Shown here piece after piece: positions 53,606-63,633 of a DNA stretch of 64,000 nucleotides. The notes beneath the pieces are model-generated. The model was not told the origin of the DNA. It ran no database searches and worked only from the letters and a program-made list of their open reading frames with translations. Both the position numbers and the translations under genes were made by a program. Numbering within the stretch: the first letter of the stretch is position 1; every line of letters starts with the position of its first letter. The DNA is from Clostridia bacterium (GTDB lineage: Bacteria; Bacillota; Clostridia; Christensenellales; CAG-138), in assembly GCA_017428025.1 (NCBI GenBank), contig JAFRRO010000028.1:3304-67303 (forward strand), read 5' to 3'.

Positions 53606-54695
53606 ACTTTTGCATCTTCAAAAGAAGTATGAAAACGCAACGCCGCTTGAGGACGTGAACGCGGTGATCAACGACGGCGACGTGATCTCGATCATCGGGC
53701 CGTCCGGCGCGGGCAAGTCGACGCTGATCCGCTGCATCAACATGCTCGAACGTCCGACAAGCGGAAAGATCCTTTTGGACGGCGTGGACATCACCGCGCC
53801 GAAGTACGATCTGACGCAGGCGCGGCGCAGGATGGGCATGGTGTTCCAGTCGTTCAATCTGTTCGGACATCTGACGGTCATCGAAAACCTGATGCTTGCG
53901 CCGATGGATCTTCTGAAGAAATCCAGGCAGGAGGCGTATGACGCCGGCGTCGCGCTCTTAAAGCGCGTCGGACTTTCGGGACGCGAGTTTCAATATCCCG
54001 AGCAGCTTTCCGGCGGGCAGAAGCAGCGCGTGGCGATCGCAAGAACGCTCGCGATGGACCCGGACGTGATCCTGCTTGACGAGCCGACGAGCGCTTTGGA
54101 CCCGACGATGGTCGGCGAGGTGCAGGCGGTCATCCGCGACCTTGCAAAGACCGGCAGGACCATGCTGATCGTAACGCACGAAATGAACTTTGCGAGAGCG
54201 ATCAGCAATCGCGTCTTCTACATGGATCAGGGCGGCATCTGCGAGGACGGCACGCCGGAACAGATCTTCGATCATCCCGAAAAGGAGCTGACGCGGCGCT
54301 TTATCCAAAAGCTCAAGGTTCTGGAGCTTACCGTCGACAGCCGCGACTTCGACTTTATCGGCGCGGGCGCCGAGATCGACCGCTACTGTATGCAGAACGA
54401 CATTCCGTCGCGCACGAAGTACCGCATCCGCCTCGCGATCGAGGAGCTCGTGCAGCAAATGCTGCTGCCGGTTTCGGACCGCACGCCGATCCGGGTCACC
54501 GTAGAGTATGCCGAAGCCGGGCAGACGGCGACGGTCACCGTCGCGTACGGCGGCGAACGCTTCGATCCCCGGGAGGGCGAAAACGAGCTCTCGTACCGCA
54601 TTCTCTCGCGCAGCGTGGAGGAGCTGACCTATCGCTTCGACCCTGCGCGGGCGGACGCCAACACCGTCCGCGTGCGGATCTCGGAAAAGCAGTAA
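53598..54695 (+). CDS. Amino-acid ABC transporter ATP-binding protein with a ~120-aa C-terminal extension
   Basis: It has Walker A GPSGAGKST, signature LSGGQKQR and Walker B ILLDEPTS within the first ~245 aa. Its 8-nt overlap with the permease gene suggests translational coupling. Confidence 0.9.
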   Translation: MIELLHLQKKYENATPLEDVNAVINDGDVISIIGPSGAGKSTLIRCINMLERPTSGKILLDGVDITAPKYDLTQARRRMGMVFQSFNLFGHLTVIENLMLAPMDLLKKSRQEAYDAGVALLKRVGLSGREFQYPEQLSGGQKQRVAIARTLAMDPDVILLDEPTSALDPTMVGEVQAVIRDLAKTGRTMLIVTHEMNFARAISNRVFYMDQGGICEDGTPEQIFDHPEKELTRRFIQKLKVLELTVDSRDFDFIGAGAEIDRYCMQNDIPSRTKYRIRLAIEELVQQMLLPVSDRTPIRVTVEYAEAGQTATVTVAYGGERFDPREGENELSYRILSRSVEELTYRFDPARADANTVRVRISEKQ

Positions 54696-54772
54696 AGCGC
54701 GGAACGGCACACCGTTTGCCGGACGTGTGAGAGAATGCCGCGCAGAGTTATACGCAAGAAAGGATTACGTAC

Positions 54773-56143
54773 ATGAAACCGGTTTCGCAAAAAACAACCC
54801 GCGGATTGCTGATCGCCGTATCGCTGCTGCTCATATGTGTCCTTGCTGTACAGTGCCTGTTCTGGGCGGGCGCCTTTGCGCCGAAGACGCAGCGGGCGCA
54901 GACTTCGGCAGCCGTCGAAGCCGTCGGCAATCTTTCCCGCGAAGGGTATCGATTGGAGCAGGTCGTGATTTTGAGCCGTCACAACATCCGTTCGCCTCTG
55001 AGCGGCAGCGGCTCGGCGCTCGGCACGATCACGCCGCACGAGTGGTTCGCATGGTCGTCCGATCCGAGCGAGCTCTCGCTGCGCGGCGGTGTTCTGGAAA
55101 CCGAGATGGGGCAGTATTTCCGCAAATGGCTCGAAGCCGAGGGCTTGTTCCCCGAAAATTATCATCCGGAGGACGGGGCGGTCCGCATCTATGCAAACGC
55201 GAAGCAGCGCACGATCGCGACCGCGCAGTATTTCGTATCGGGACTGCTGCCGACCGCGAACACGGAGATCGAGACGCATGCGGAGTACGACACGATGGAT
55301 CCGGTCTTTACGCCGCAGCTGACCTTTGTTTCGCCCGGATACAACGCGGACGCCGAAGCGCAGATCTTCGAGCTGTACGGCGACACGATCAAGGGACTTT
55401 CGGACAACTATGCACTGATCGCCGACGTGATCGACATGGAGCAGTCCGAGGCGTACAGGAACGGAACGCAGGCGGCGTTTACTACGGACGATTCCAAACT
55501 CTCGCTGGAGCTTTTTAAGGAGCCGTCCGTGAAGGGGTCGCTGAAGACGGCGTGCTCGGTGGCCGACGCGCTTGTGCTGCAATACTTCGAGCAGCCGGAC
55601 GACGGCAAAGCTGCGTTCGGACACACGCTGACGTTTGAACAATGGAAGCAGATCTCCGAGGTCAAGGACGTCTACGGCGACGTACTGTTTACCGCGCCGC
55701 TGATCGCCGCCAACGTGGCGCATCCGCTGCTGCAGGAGATCGAATCGGAGCTTTTGACCTCCGGCAGAGAATTCACCTTCCTTTGCGGACACGACTCCAA
55801 CGTCGGAAGCGTTCTTGCGGCTCTCGGCGCCGAACCGTACGAGCTGCCCGGCGCGATCGAAAAGACGCCGATCGGCTGCAAGCTCGTATTCTGCCGCTGG
55901 GTCGGACCGGACGGCAGCCGGTACTGTACCGTCGATCTCGTCTATGAAACGACGGAACAGCTGAAAAGCGCAACCCTTCTCGATCTCGAATCGCATCCCG
56001 CAATCGTGCCGCTGCGGTTTTCCGGCATCACGCCGAACGCGGACGGGCTGTATGCGGAACGGGATTTTATGAACCTGCTCCGCGGCAGCATCAACGAATA
56101 CGATCGCATCCTCGACGCATACGCGCTGGACGAAGCGGCATAA
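54773..56143 (+). CDS. Secreted histidine acid phosphatase (branch 2; AppA/Agp-like)
   Basis: It has a signal peptide, the catalytic RHNIRSP (RHGxRxP) motif and the downstream GHDSN (HD) motif. Confidence 0.85.
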   Translation: MKPVSQKTTRGLLIAVSLLLICVLAVQCLFWAGAFAPKTQRAQTSAAVEAVGNLSREGYRLEQVVILSRHNIRSPLSGSGSALGTITPHEWFAWSSDPSELSLRGGVLETEMGQYFRKWLEAEGLFPENYHPEDGAVRIYANAKQRTIATAQYFVSGLLPTANTEIETHAEYDTMDPVFTPQLTFVSPGYNADAEAQIFELYGDTIKGLSDNYALIADVIDMEQSEAYRNGTQAAFTTDDSKLSLELFKEPSVKGSLKTACSVADALVLQYFEQPDDGKAAFGHTLTFEQWKQISEVKDVYGDVLFTAPLIAANVAHPLLQEIESELLTSGREFTFLCGHDSNVGSVLAALGAEPYELPGAIEKTPIGCKLVFCRWVGPDGSRYCTVDLVYETTEQLKSATLLDLESHPAIVPLRFSGITPNADGLYAERDFMNLLRGSINEYDRILDAYALDEAA

Positions 56144-56171
56144 ACCATACGGGTAAAGAAAGGCGCATCCC

Positions 56172-56840
56172 ATGACAGACAGCAGCGCTGCAAAGAAGAA
56201 AGGTTCCATCTTTTTGCACGAATATTTTATGGCGGCGGCGTGCTTCCTTGCCGTTGCCGCAAGCCTCGGCTCTCTGATCTTCGGCTTTAAGGACGGGAAC
56301 TCCTTCGCGATATTCGGCATCCTGACAAAGCTTGTCACGGCGGTCGCCATGTACCTCGCGTTTCGGTTCTATAAATGGGACGTCGCAAAGGGACTGATGG
56401 GCGGGATCCTGTTCTGCATGCTGTATCAGGAGGCGCATCTGGCGCTCGGAGAACTGTGGGGAGAGCAGGATTTCGACGCCTATCTTACGGCAGGCGTGCA
56501 GGGGAGCCTGTACCTCGCCGCTGCCGGCATGACGTTTCTCATGACGGTCATCATCACGGTCAATCACTTCTTTATCAGCTATGCGTCGCACGGCAATCCG
56601 AAAAACGTGATCCTGAACCGCATCGCCATCGTCTTTAAGCTTGCGGTCTATCTTTTGCTGTTCGCGGTCATCGGCAGGCTCGGGTTTCCCGCGGCGGAGC
56701 TTTGGAGAAACGCGCTGCAGTACGTGACGGATATTGCGCTGCTCCTGCTGCTCGTCAGCACGGAATCGCAGTTCGATTCCTTCAACGCGCTGCGTCGGGA
56801 GCTGCTGAAAGAGAAACGGGAAGCGAGGAAAGCAAGATGA
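56172..56840 (+). CDS. Hypothetical multi-pass membrane protein
   Basis: 222 aa with about six hydrophobic helices. Its stop overlaps the next ATG (ATGA). Confidence 0.65.
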   Translation: MTDSSAAKKKGSIFLHEYFMAAACFLAVAASLGSLIFGFKDGNSFAIFGILTKLVTAVAMYLAFRFYKWDVAKGLMGGILFCMLYQEAHLALGELWGEQDFDAYLTAGVQGSLYLAAAGMTFLMTVIITVNHFFISYASHGNPKNVILNRIAIVFKLAVYLLLFAVIGRLGFPAAELWRNALQYVTDIALLLLLVSTESQFDSFNALRRELLKEKREARKAR

Positions 56841-57811
56841 GCATCAAAGAACGCCTGTCCGGAATCTGGCTGATCGCCATGACCCTGCTGTCCCTTTGCG
56901 CGTATACCGTCTTCTTCGTGGCGCAGATGTGGCTGAACGTTCTGCACGCCGCATACCTGACCCTGGCGATTCTCGAGATCGTCACGCTGATCGTGTATCT
57001 GTGGGGACCGGAGAAGCTGAAACGCAAACCGCTTCGCGTGCTGTACCGCATCCTGTACGCATCCTCGTTTTTCGTGATCCCCGCGTTTATCTTCATCTTC
57101 ATGGGGCTCGTATCCCAGTATCACGTGAAGATCCCGGACAGCATCGACGCCTCGGACATGCAGGCGGAGGAAATCCTTCCGGCGGAGGAGACCGTCGTCT
57201 ACAATACCGGCACGGTGTACGTCATCTTCCCCAGGTATTCCGAGGTCGGCCTTGCGTGCGGGACGCGCCCGTCCAAATCGGACGGATCCGTCACGTGGTG
57301 CAGCGGCGCGGCGTTTCAGCATACGGTGAGCTTAAGCTTTACGCAGGAAAACGTGGAGGGCGATCATGCCGTAAACGGCGTGCTCTATGAAAGCCCGTAC
57401 AACAAGGACAGCTTTGCGGCGTTTACGTTCGCCGACGGCCGCTTTTCCTTCGAGTTTGACGACCCGAGGAAAGCGATCAGGGACGCGGCGGACGCCGGCG
57501 GGAGTGGGTTTATGCAGTACGGGCTGATCAGGGACGGAGAGATCGTCATGCGCTTTGACCGGCCGCGGGCGCGCTGCTACCGGACGCTTGCGGAGCTGAA
57601 CGGGCATCTTTGCATCATCGATTCCGTCAACATGCTGCATTTCGAGGCGTTTTTAGAGGAGCTGCAGCGCCTCGGCGTGACCAACGCGCTGTATATGGAC
57701 ATGGGCGCGGGATGGAACTATTCTTGGTATCGGAACGCGGCGGACCGTGTCGTGACGCTGTTCGGGCTTCCGGTGCCGTGGTCGCACAACTGGATCGTCT
57801 TCCGACAATGA
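56837..57811 (+). CDS. Membrane-anchored protein, possibly phosphodiester glycosidase (DUF2233/NAGPA-like)
   Basis: I trimmed to the ATG at 56837. It has three N-terminal TM segments. The C-terminal pattern ...NALYMDMGAGWNYSWYRN is reminiscent of that family, but this is a low-confidence recollection. Confidence 0.6.
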   Translation: MSIKERLSGIWLIAMTLLSLCAYTVFFVAQMWLNVLHAAYLTLAILEIVTLIVYLWGPEKLKRKPLRVLYRILYASSFFVIPAFIFIFMGLVSQYHVKIPDSIDASDMQAEEILPAEETVVYNTGTVYVIFPRYSEVGLACGTRPSKSDGSVTWCSGAAFQHTVSLSFTQENVEGDHAVNGVLYESPYNKDSFAAFTFADGRFSFEFDDPRKAIRDAADAGGSGFMQYGLIRDGEIVMRFDRPRARCYRTLAELNGHLCIIDSVNMLHFEAFLEELQRLGVTNALYMDMGAGWNYSWYRNAADRVVTLFGLPVPWSHNWIVFRQ

Positions 57812-57909
57812 GCGGACGCCGCCGCGTCAATGCGCCGACCGCGCCTGAAACAGTTTGAAGGATCTCCGGAACGAAACACGATCCCGATCAAAAACAGGAG
57901 GACAGGGCA

Positions 57910-59415
57910 ATGCTTTACGAAAGAAACATCATGCGTTCCGATATGATCCGCTGCGCGCTGTGCCACGACGCGCCGTGTTCCGACGTTTGCAAAGCGTGCG
58001 ATCCCGCGGCGCTTTTGCGCAGCATTTGGTTCGACAACGAGCAAGCCGCGGCGCTGCGGTTTCCGGCGTCCGATCCCTGCATCGTTTGCGGCGCGCCCTG
58101 CGAAGCCGCGTGCGTGCGAAGCGGCGAGGTTCCGATCCGTTCGCTTTTGACGCGCCTGCATGAGGAGGTGCGCCCGTATCTGGACGAACCGATGCCGAAG
58201 GACGCTTCGATCCTCGAAACGGAGCTTTGCGGCATCCCGCTCGAAAACCCGTTTCTGCTGTCCTCGTCGGTCGTGGCAAGCACCTACGATATGTGCGCCC
58301 GCGCGTTTGAAGCGGGCTGGGCGGGCGCTTGCTTCAAAACGATCTGCTCCTTCGATATCCATGAGGCGTCGCCGCGCTTTTCCGCGATCACCGGCGACAA
58401 CGGCAGCATCATCGGATTCAAGAACATCGAGCAGCTTTCCGACCACAGCGTCGCCGAGAACATGGAGATCTTCCGGCGTCTCAAGCGGAATTATCCGACC
58501 AAATTCATTCTTGCCTCGATCATGGGGCAGAACGACGCGGAGTGGGAGGAGCTCAGCCGGCTTTGCGAGGAGAACGGCGTGGACGCAATCGAGCTGAATT
58601 TCTCCTGCCCGAACATGATGGATGAAGGGCTCGGCTCGGACATCGGACAGGTGCCGGAGCTCGTCGAGCGCTTTACCGCGGCGGCACGGCGCGGAACGAA
58701 GCTGCCGATCCTTGCAAAGCTTACACCGAACGAGGCGCGCATGAGCCCTGCGGCAGAGGCGGCAAAGCACGGCGGCGCGGACGGCATTGCGGCGATCAAC
58801 ACGATCAAAAGCATCGTCGGCGTCAACCCGCACACCTACGTTTCCTCGCCTGCGGTGCGCGGCAGATCCGCGGTCGGCGGATACAGCGGCAACGCGGTCA
58901 AGCCGATCGCGCTGCGCTTCATTGCGGAGCTCGGGCAGAATCAAAACCTGTCCGGCATGCACGTCTCGGGCATGGGCGGGATCGAGACGTGGCGCGACGC
59001 GCTGGAGTTCATTCTGCTCGGCGCGGGCAGTCTGCAGGTAACCACGGCCGTCATGCAGTACGGCTACCGCATCATCGACGATCTCAAATCGGGCCTTGCG
59101 TATTACCTAAAGGCAAAGGGCTTCGCAAACGTTCGCGAAGCGCAGGGGCTTGCGCTGGATTCCGTAAGCAGTACCACGGACGTTCTGGAGCGCGATACGG
59201 TGGTCTTTCCGAAGTTTCACCGTGAGAAGTGCATCGGCTGCGGACGGTGCGTCGTCTCCTGCGCGGACGGCGGACATCAGGCGCTGCGGCTCGATGAAAC
59301 CCGCAGACCCGTTCTGAACGGAAGCAAATGCGTGGGCTGCCATCTCTGCCTGCTGGTCTGCCCGAACGGCGCGATCTCGTCCTCGCGCAAGCGGATCGAC
59401 CGGCGGGAAATCTGA
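57910..59415 (+). CDS. Dihydropyrimidine/dihydroorotate dehydrogenase-like flavoprotein (PreA-type) with Fe-S domains
   Basis: It has a class-1 DHOD-like TIM-barrel core (LNFSCPN, GGYSG), C-terminal 2x[4Fe-4S] (CIGCGRCVVSC, CVGCHLCLLVCP) and an N-terminal Cys-rich extension. Confidence 0.85.
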   Translation: MLYERNIMRSDMIRCALCHDAPCSDVCKACDPAALLRSIWFDNEQAAALRFPASDPCIVCGAPCEAACVRSGEVPIRSLLTRLHEEVRPYLDEPMPKDASILETELCGIPLENPFLLSSSVVASTYDMCARAFEAGWAGACFKTICSFDIHEASPRFSAITGDNGSIIGFKNIEQLSDHSVAENMEIFRRLKRNYPTKFILASIMGQNDAEWEELSRLCEENGVDAIELNFSCPNMMDEGLGSDIGQVPELVERFTAAARRGTKLPILAKLTPNEARMSPAAEAAKHGGADGIAAINTIKSIVGVNPHTYVSSPAVRGRSAVGGYSGNAVKPIALRFIAELGQNQNLSGMHVSGMGGIETWRDALEFILLGAGSLQVTTAVMQYGYRIIDDLKSGLAYYLKAKGFANVREAQGLALDSVSSTTDVLERDTVVFPKFHREKCIGCGRCVVSCADGGHQALRLDETRRPVLNGSKCVGCHLCLLVCPNGAISSSRKRIDRREI

Positions 59416-59440
59416 TCATCCGGGAGGGAGTAGAAATCAC

Positions 59441-60571
59441 ATGAAAAAGAGCATTTCGGCAATTTTGCTGATCGGATGCCTTCTGCTCGGCACGATCGGC
59501 TGCAAAAACGAACCGTCCGACCCCGTGCCGCAGGCGACGGACCGCGCGATCCTGCATGAAGAGGAGTTCGGCGGCGTTTATATCGATCTTACGATCGAGG
59601 CGTTCAATCAGCTCGGCTTTGCATACGGCGACGCGGTCGACGTGACGTTTTCAAACGGGTATTCCCTTTCGGGAATTCCGTATTACAACGGGTACTATAC
59701 GCTGACCGGCGAACCGCTCGTCGTCGCGTATCCGGGCTATCCCTACGTCAAGGTCTGCGTCAACAACGGCGACGATCTCTATACGCGCGCGCAGCTGCGC
59801 GAAACCGACACGGCAACGATCACGCGATCCGAACGCGGCGCGTTTTCCGACGTTCAGAACGCAAGGGACATTCACTATCGGGACGAGCGTGAACGGTTTT
59901 CAAGCGACGCCGTCTTCGCCAATTTCCGAAGCGTGCAGGTCGGAAATCTCAGGGAGAACACGCTGTACCGCGCGGCGTCTCCGTGTGACAATCAGCATAA
60001 CCGCGCGCCGTACGTCGACGCGCTGTGCGGGGAAGCCGGCGTCCGCTGCATCGTGAACCTTGCCGATACGGAGGAGAAGATACGGAATTACGTTGCGGCG
60101 GCAGATTTCAACTCGCCGCATTTTCTGTCGCTGTATAACGGCGGCGACGTGCTTCTGCTGACGCTGAACATGAATTACAGCTCCGAGGATTTCCGCGCGA
60201 AGGTCGCAAACGGACTGATCGCCATGACGGAGCACGAGGGGCCGTATCTCATCCACTGCACGGAGGGAAAGGATCGCACCGGCTTCGTCTGCATGCTTCT
60301 TGAAATGCTCTGCGGCGCAAGCTATGACGAGATCGTCGGCGACTACATGATCACCTACGCCAACTACTACGGAATTACAAGGGAGACCGACGCAAAGCGC
60401 TATGACGTGATCGCGGAAAGCGTTTTTCTTCCGATGCTGAACAGCGTGATCGGCAACGGCGCGGTCGATCCGGGAACCGCGGATCTTTCCGTATACGCGG
60501 AGAGGTTCCTTCAGAACGCCGGCATGACGGAAGCGCAGATCGCCGCGCTGAAAGCGGCGCTGACGGAATAA
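59441..60571 (+). CDS. Lipoprotein with C-terminal tyrosine/dual-specificity phosphatase domain
   Basis: It has a lipobox (LLLGTIGC). The CX5R active site is HCTEGKDRTG. The N-terminal ~130-aa domain is unassigned. Confidence 0.75.
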   Translation: MKKSISAILLIGCLLLGTIGCKNEPSDPVPQATDRAILHEEEFGGVYIDLTIEAFNQLGFAYGDAVDVTFSNGYSLSGIPYYNGYYTLTGEPLVVAYPGYPYVKVCVNNGDDLYTRAQLRETDTATITRSERGAFSDVQNARDIHYRDERERFSSDAVFANFRSVQVGNLRENTLYRAASPCDNQHNRAPYVDALCGEAGVRCIVNLADTEEKIRNYVAAADFNSPHFLSLYNGGDVLLLTLNMNYSSEDFRAKVANGLIAMTEHEGPYLIHCTEGKDRTGFVCMLLEMLCGASYDEIVGDYMITYANYYGITRETDAKRYDVIAESVFLPMLNSVIGNGAVDPGTADLSVYAERFLQNAGMTEAQIAALKAALTE

Positions 60572-60614
60572 GAACGGAATACCGCAGAAGCCAGACGGGA
60601 GAGAGGAGTCAGAA

Positions 60615-61265
60615 ATGAGTAAGAACGCGCTGCCAACCGACGCATCCGGGTTTGTCGTGCTGTCCGAGTTTGTTCCGCATATCATACAGGAGATCCGGTA
60701 TCATTCCACCTATAATTTTATCGGCGAACGGATCGACGGGTACGAGGAGCCGATCGCGCTGCTGACGGTCGAAGCGGCAAGAGCGCTGAAATCCGTCTGC
60801 AACGAGCTGTTCGTGCAGGGCTATCGGCTCAAGGTGTTCGACGCCTACCGGCCGGTATCGGCGGTCAGGCAATTCATTCTTTGGGGGATCGAGGACACGG
60901 ATATCCGCATGAAGCCGTACTTTTATCCGGATCTCGAGAAACAGGAGCTATTTGCAAAAGGCTACATTGCAAAGCGGTCGAGCCACAGCCGCGGCAGCGC
61001 GATCGACCTGACGCTGCTCGACATGAAAACGGGCAGGGAGGTCGACATGGGAAGCCCCTTCGACCTGTTCAGCGAGGTATCGCATCCGGATTACCGCGGC
61101 GTCACCGAAGCGCAGTTTGAAAACCGCATGATGCTTCGCCGCGCAATGGTGCGCAACGGATTTCTGCCGCTCGATTGCGAATGGTGGCACTTCGTTCTCA
61201 AGGACGAGCCGTACCCGGATACGTATTTTACCTTCCCGGTTTCCGCCGCCAGCTTAAGGCAGTGA
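60615..61265 (+). CDS. D-alanyl-D-alanine dipeptidase (VanX/DdpX-like, peptidase M15D)
   Basis: It has the zinc ligand motifs SHSRGSAIDL and EWWHF, and is 216 aa long. Confidence 0.85.
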   Translation: MSKNALPTDASGFVVLSEFVPHIIQEIRYHSTYNFIGERIDGYEEPIALLTVEAARALKSVCNELFVQGYRLKVFDAYRPVSAVRQFILWGIEDTDIRMKPYFYPDLEKQELFAKGYIAKRSSHSRGSAIDLTLLDMKTGREVDMGSPFDLFSEVSHPDYRGVTEAQFENRMMLRRAMVRNGFLPLDCEWWHFVLKDEPYPDTYFTFPVSAASLRQ

Positions 61266-61312
61266 TCAGGGAACAGAGCGTGTTACAAACACCCCCCTCG
61301 GCGTAACACAAA

Positions 61313-61345
61313 GGGGACGGCAGCCGTCCCCCCTGTGTTCTTGTG
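61313..61345. terminator. Terminator hairpin between convergent genes
   Basis: GGGGACGG-cag-CCGTCCCC is followed by a T-rich stretch. Confidence 0.7.
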
Positions 61346-61386
61346 TTCTTGCTGTGCGGCGGAGCCGTGCCGCCGCGGGCTTTCGG

Positions 61387-63558
61387 TCAGGCCGTCGGAT
61401 CCTGCGGTCCGAGGTAGTGGAGACAGACCATCGTCAGATCGTCAAACTGCTCCGCGTCGCCGACGAAGGCGTCGACGTGCGCGCGGACGTTTCGCAGAAG
61501 CGCTTCCGGCGACGCGTCCTGCTGCTCATTCAGCGCGGCAACCATTCGTTCCGTGCCGAAGAGCCTGCCGTCGGCGTCCGTCGCCTCCGGAACGCCGTCG
61601 GTGTAGACGAACAGCTTCGTGCCGGGCAAAAGCGTAAGCTCATATTCCTTATAGCGCATGCCGTCCATGCCGCCGATGATAAAGCCGTGCTTGTCGCGGT
61701 ACAGCTCGAAATCGCCGTCCGGCGTTTTCAGCACGGGGTATTCGTGTCCGGCGTTGGAGCAGGTCAGTTTGCCGGTGGAAATCTCCAGAATGCCGAGCCA
61801 GACGGTGACGAACATCTGCTCGCGGTTGTTCTGACAGATCTGGTGATTGACGGCCTCGAGGACGTCGGCGGGACGCATGCCGGTCATGGCGTAGTTCTGC
61901 ACGAGGATCTTCGAACCCATCATGAACAGCGCGGCGGGAATGCCCTTGCCGGACACGTCCGCGATCACGATGCCGAGATGATCGTCGTCGACCAGGAAGA
62001 AATCATAGAAATCGCCGCCGACCTCCTTTGCCGGGTCCATGCTCGCATAGATATCGAATTCGGTCCGATCCGGATACGGCGGGAAGATGCTCGGCAGCAT
62101 ATCCGCCTGAATGCGCGTCGCAAGCGCCAGCTCCGTGCTGATGCGCTCCTTTTCCGCGGTGATCGCGGTGATGTCCTGAATATACTTCCGGATCTTTTTT
62201 GAAAGATCGGCAAACGACTCGGCAAGCACCTCGATCTCGTCGTTCGTGCGGTATCGATCCTGCATTTCGAACGGCTGTCCGGTCTGTCCGCATCGGGTGA
62301 TATCCTCGGTCATCTGCCGGATCGGTTTGACCATGCGGTTGACCGCGAGCATGGCGGCGCCGTTGCCGATCAGAAACGCGACCGCGAGCAGCAGAATGCC
62401 GATCAGGTTCGTTTTTGCGGACTCCTTCTGAAACGTCGCGCTCGCGGTTTCGTTGATCCCGTCGTATGCGGATAGAAGCGCCTGCTCCGGCTGCTCGGTC
62501 AGGCTTTTCTCCACGACGTTCACGACCGCCCAGCCGACGGTCGGCACGGGAGAGCCCACCATATAGTATTCCGTTCCGTCGACGGACACGGTCCTCAGAC
62601 CCGTCGACCCGCGCAGCGCGGCTTCGATAAACGATGCAAGCGTTTCGTTGTCGGAGGAGCGCAGATCCTTCGCTTCGCTTTGCAGCGTGACCTTGAAGAT
62701 CCCGTCCGCTTCGGGGCCGAGGATCACCTGACCGCGGTCGTTGATCAGGTAGGAGTACGCGCCCTGCCCGGAGGACTCGATAAAGTCGCTGACGCTCGAG
62801 AGCACGACGTCGATCCCGGCGACACCGACGATCTCGCCGTTCAGATGAACCGGCGCGGAGCATGTAATGAGGAGCTTTCCGGAAAACGCGTCGCGCGTGA
62901 TGCCGGTAAAATACAAATCGTCCGATCGAAGCGCGCCGAGAAACCACGGACGCTCCGTAACCGGGAACGGGATCGGCTCACCGGATTCGGTGAGCTTGAT
63001 CCCTGCCTTGTCGTCGACGCAAAGATCGGTGCCGTCCTTCAATCCGATATAGCAGCCGTCGATCTTCTGCGAGTTCCGATGCATGGCGATCATCGGGGTG
63101 GAGAGATGCGCAAGGTAGCCGAGGTATTCGGATTTCCTGTAATCCACGCCCTTCTCAAAGAGCACGAACGCGGAGGACGTTCCGTCGTTTGCGGCGTCCG
63201 GCAGCGCGACCGGCAGCGGGGAGAGGCTGCCGCGGTTTTCCAGGATGCCTTCCGCCATCGTTTGCAGCATACGCGTATTGCTGATGACCTCGGCAAAATC
63301 GTTGTCGGCAAGGGTCGCCTGAAGCTCCGTGGACGAAACGAGCGAGCCCTCGATGACCTGATGCATCGTGGCTTTGGACGTCTCGGAGATGGCGTTCTGC
63401 TGTTCGACGCGCGTTTCGGAAACGACGTTTAAAAGCAAACGGTTCTGGTAGACCGTAATGCCGGCGAACATGGCCGCCAGCAGAAGAAGCATCAAAGCGA
63501 CGAGCAGGATCGCCCTCTTCTGCAAGCCGCCGAACGTAATGCCCAATATCTTTTTCAT
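61387..63558 (-). CDS. Sensor PP2C (SpoIIE/RsbU-type) serine phosphatase with extracytoplasmic Cache-like domain and HAMP
   Basis: The order is an N-terminal TM segment, a ~300-aa periplasmic domain, a second TM segment, HAMP, then the PP2C motifs (GGDFYD, VIADVSGKG, DG). Confidence 0.88.
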   Translation of the reverse strand: MKKILGITFGGLQKRAILLVALMLLLLAAMFAGITVYQNRLLLNVVSETRVEQQNAISETSKATMHQVIEGSLVSSTELQATLADNDFAEVISNTRMLQTMAEGILENRGSLSPLPVALPDAANDGTSSAFVLFEKGVDYRKSEYLGYLAHLSTPMIAMHRNSQKIDGCYIGLKDGTDLCVDDKAGIKLTESGEPIPFPVTERPWFLGALRSDDLYFTGITRDAFSGKLLITCSAPVHLNGEIVGVAGIDVVLSSVSDFIESSGQGAYSYLINDRGQVILGPEADGIFKVTLQSEAKDLRSSDNETLASFIEAALRGSTGLRTVSVDGTEYYMVGSPVPTVGWAVVNVVEKSLTEQPEQALLSAYDGINETASATFQKESAKTNLIGILLLAVAFLIGNGAAMLAVNRMVKPIRQMTEDITRCGQTGQPFEMQDRYRTNDEIEVLAESFADLSKKIRKYIQDITAITAEKERISTELALATRIQADMLPSIFPPYPDRTEFDIYASMDPAKEVGGDFYDFFLVDDDHLGIVIADVSGKGIPAALFMMGSKILVQNYAMTGMRPADVLEAVNHQICQNNREQMFVTVWLGILEISTGKLTCSNAGHEYPVLKTPDGDFELYRDKHGFIIGGMDGMRYKEYELTLLPGTKLFVYTDGVPEATDADGRLFGTERMVAALNEQQDASPEALLRNVRAHVDAFVGDAEQFDDLTMVCLHYLGPQDPTA

Positions 63559-63633
63559 GCCGGTTCCCTCCGTTTATGACCGTTCCGATCTCGCTGTCAA
63601 TGTATTGCGGATCGTATCAATGCGCAACCGAAA

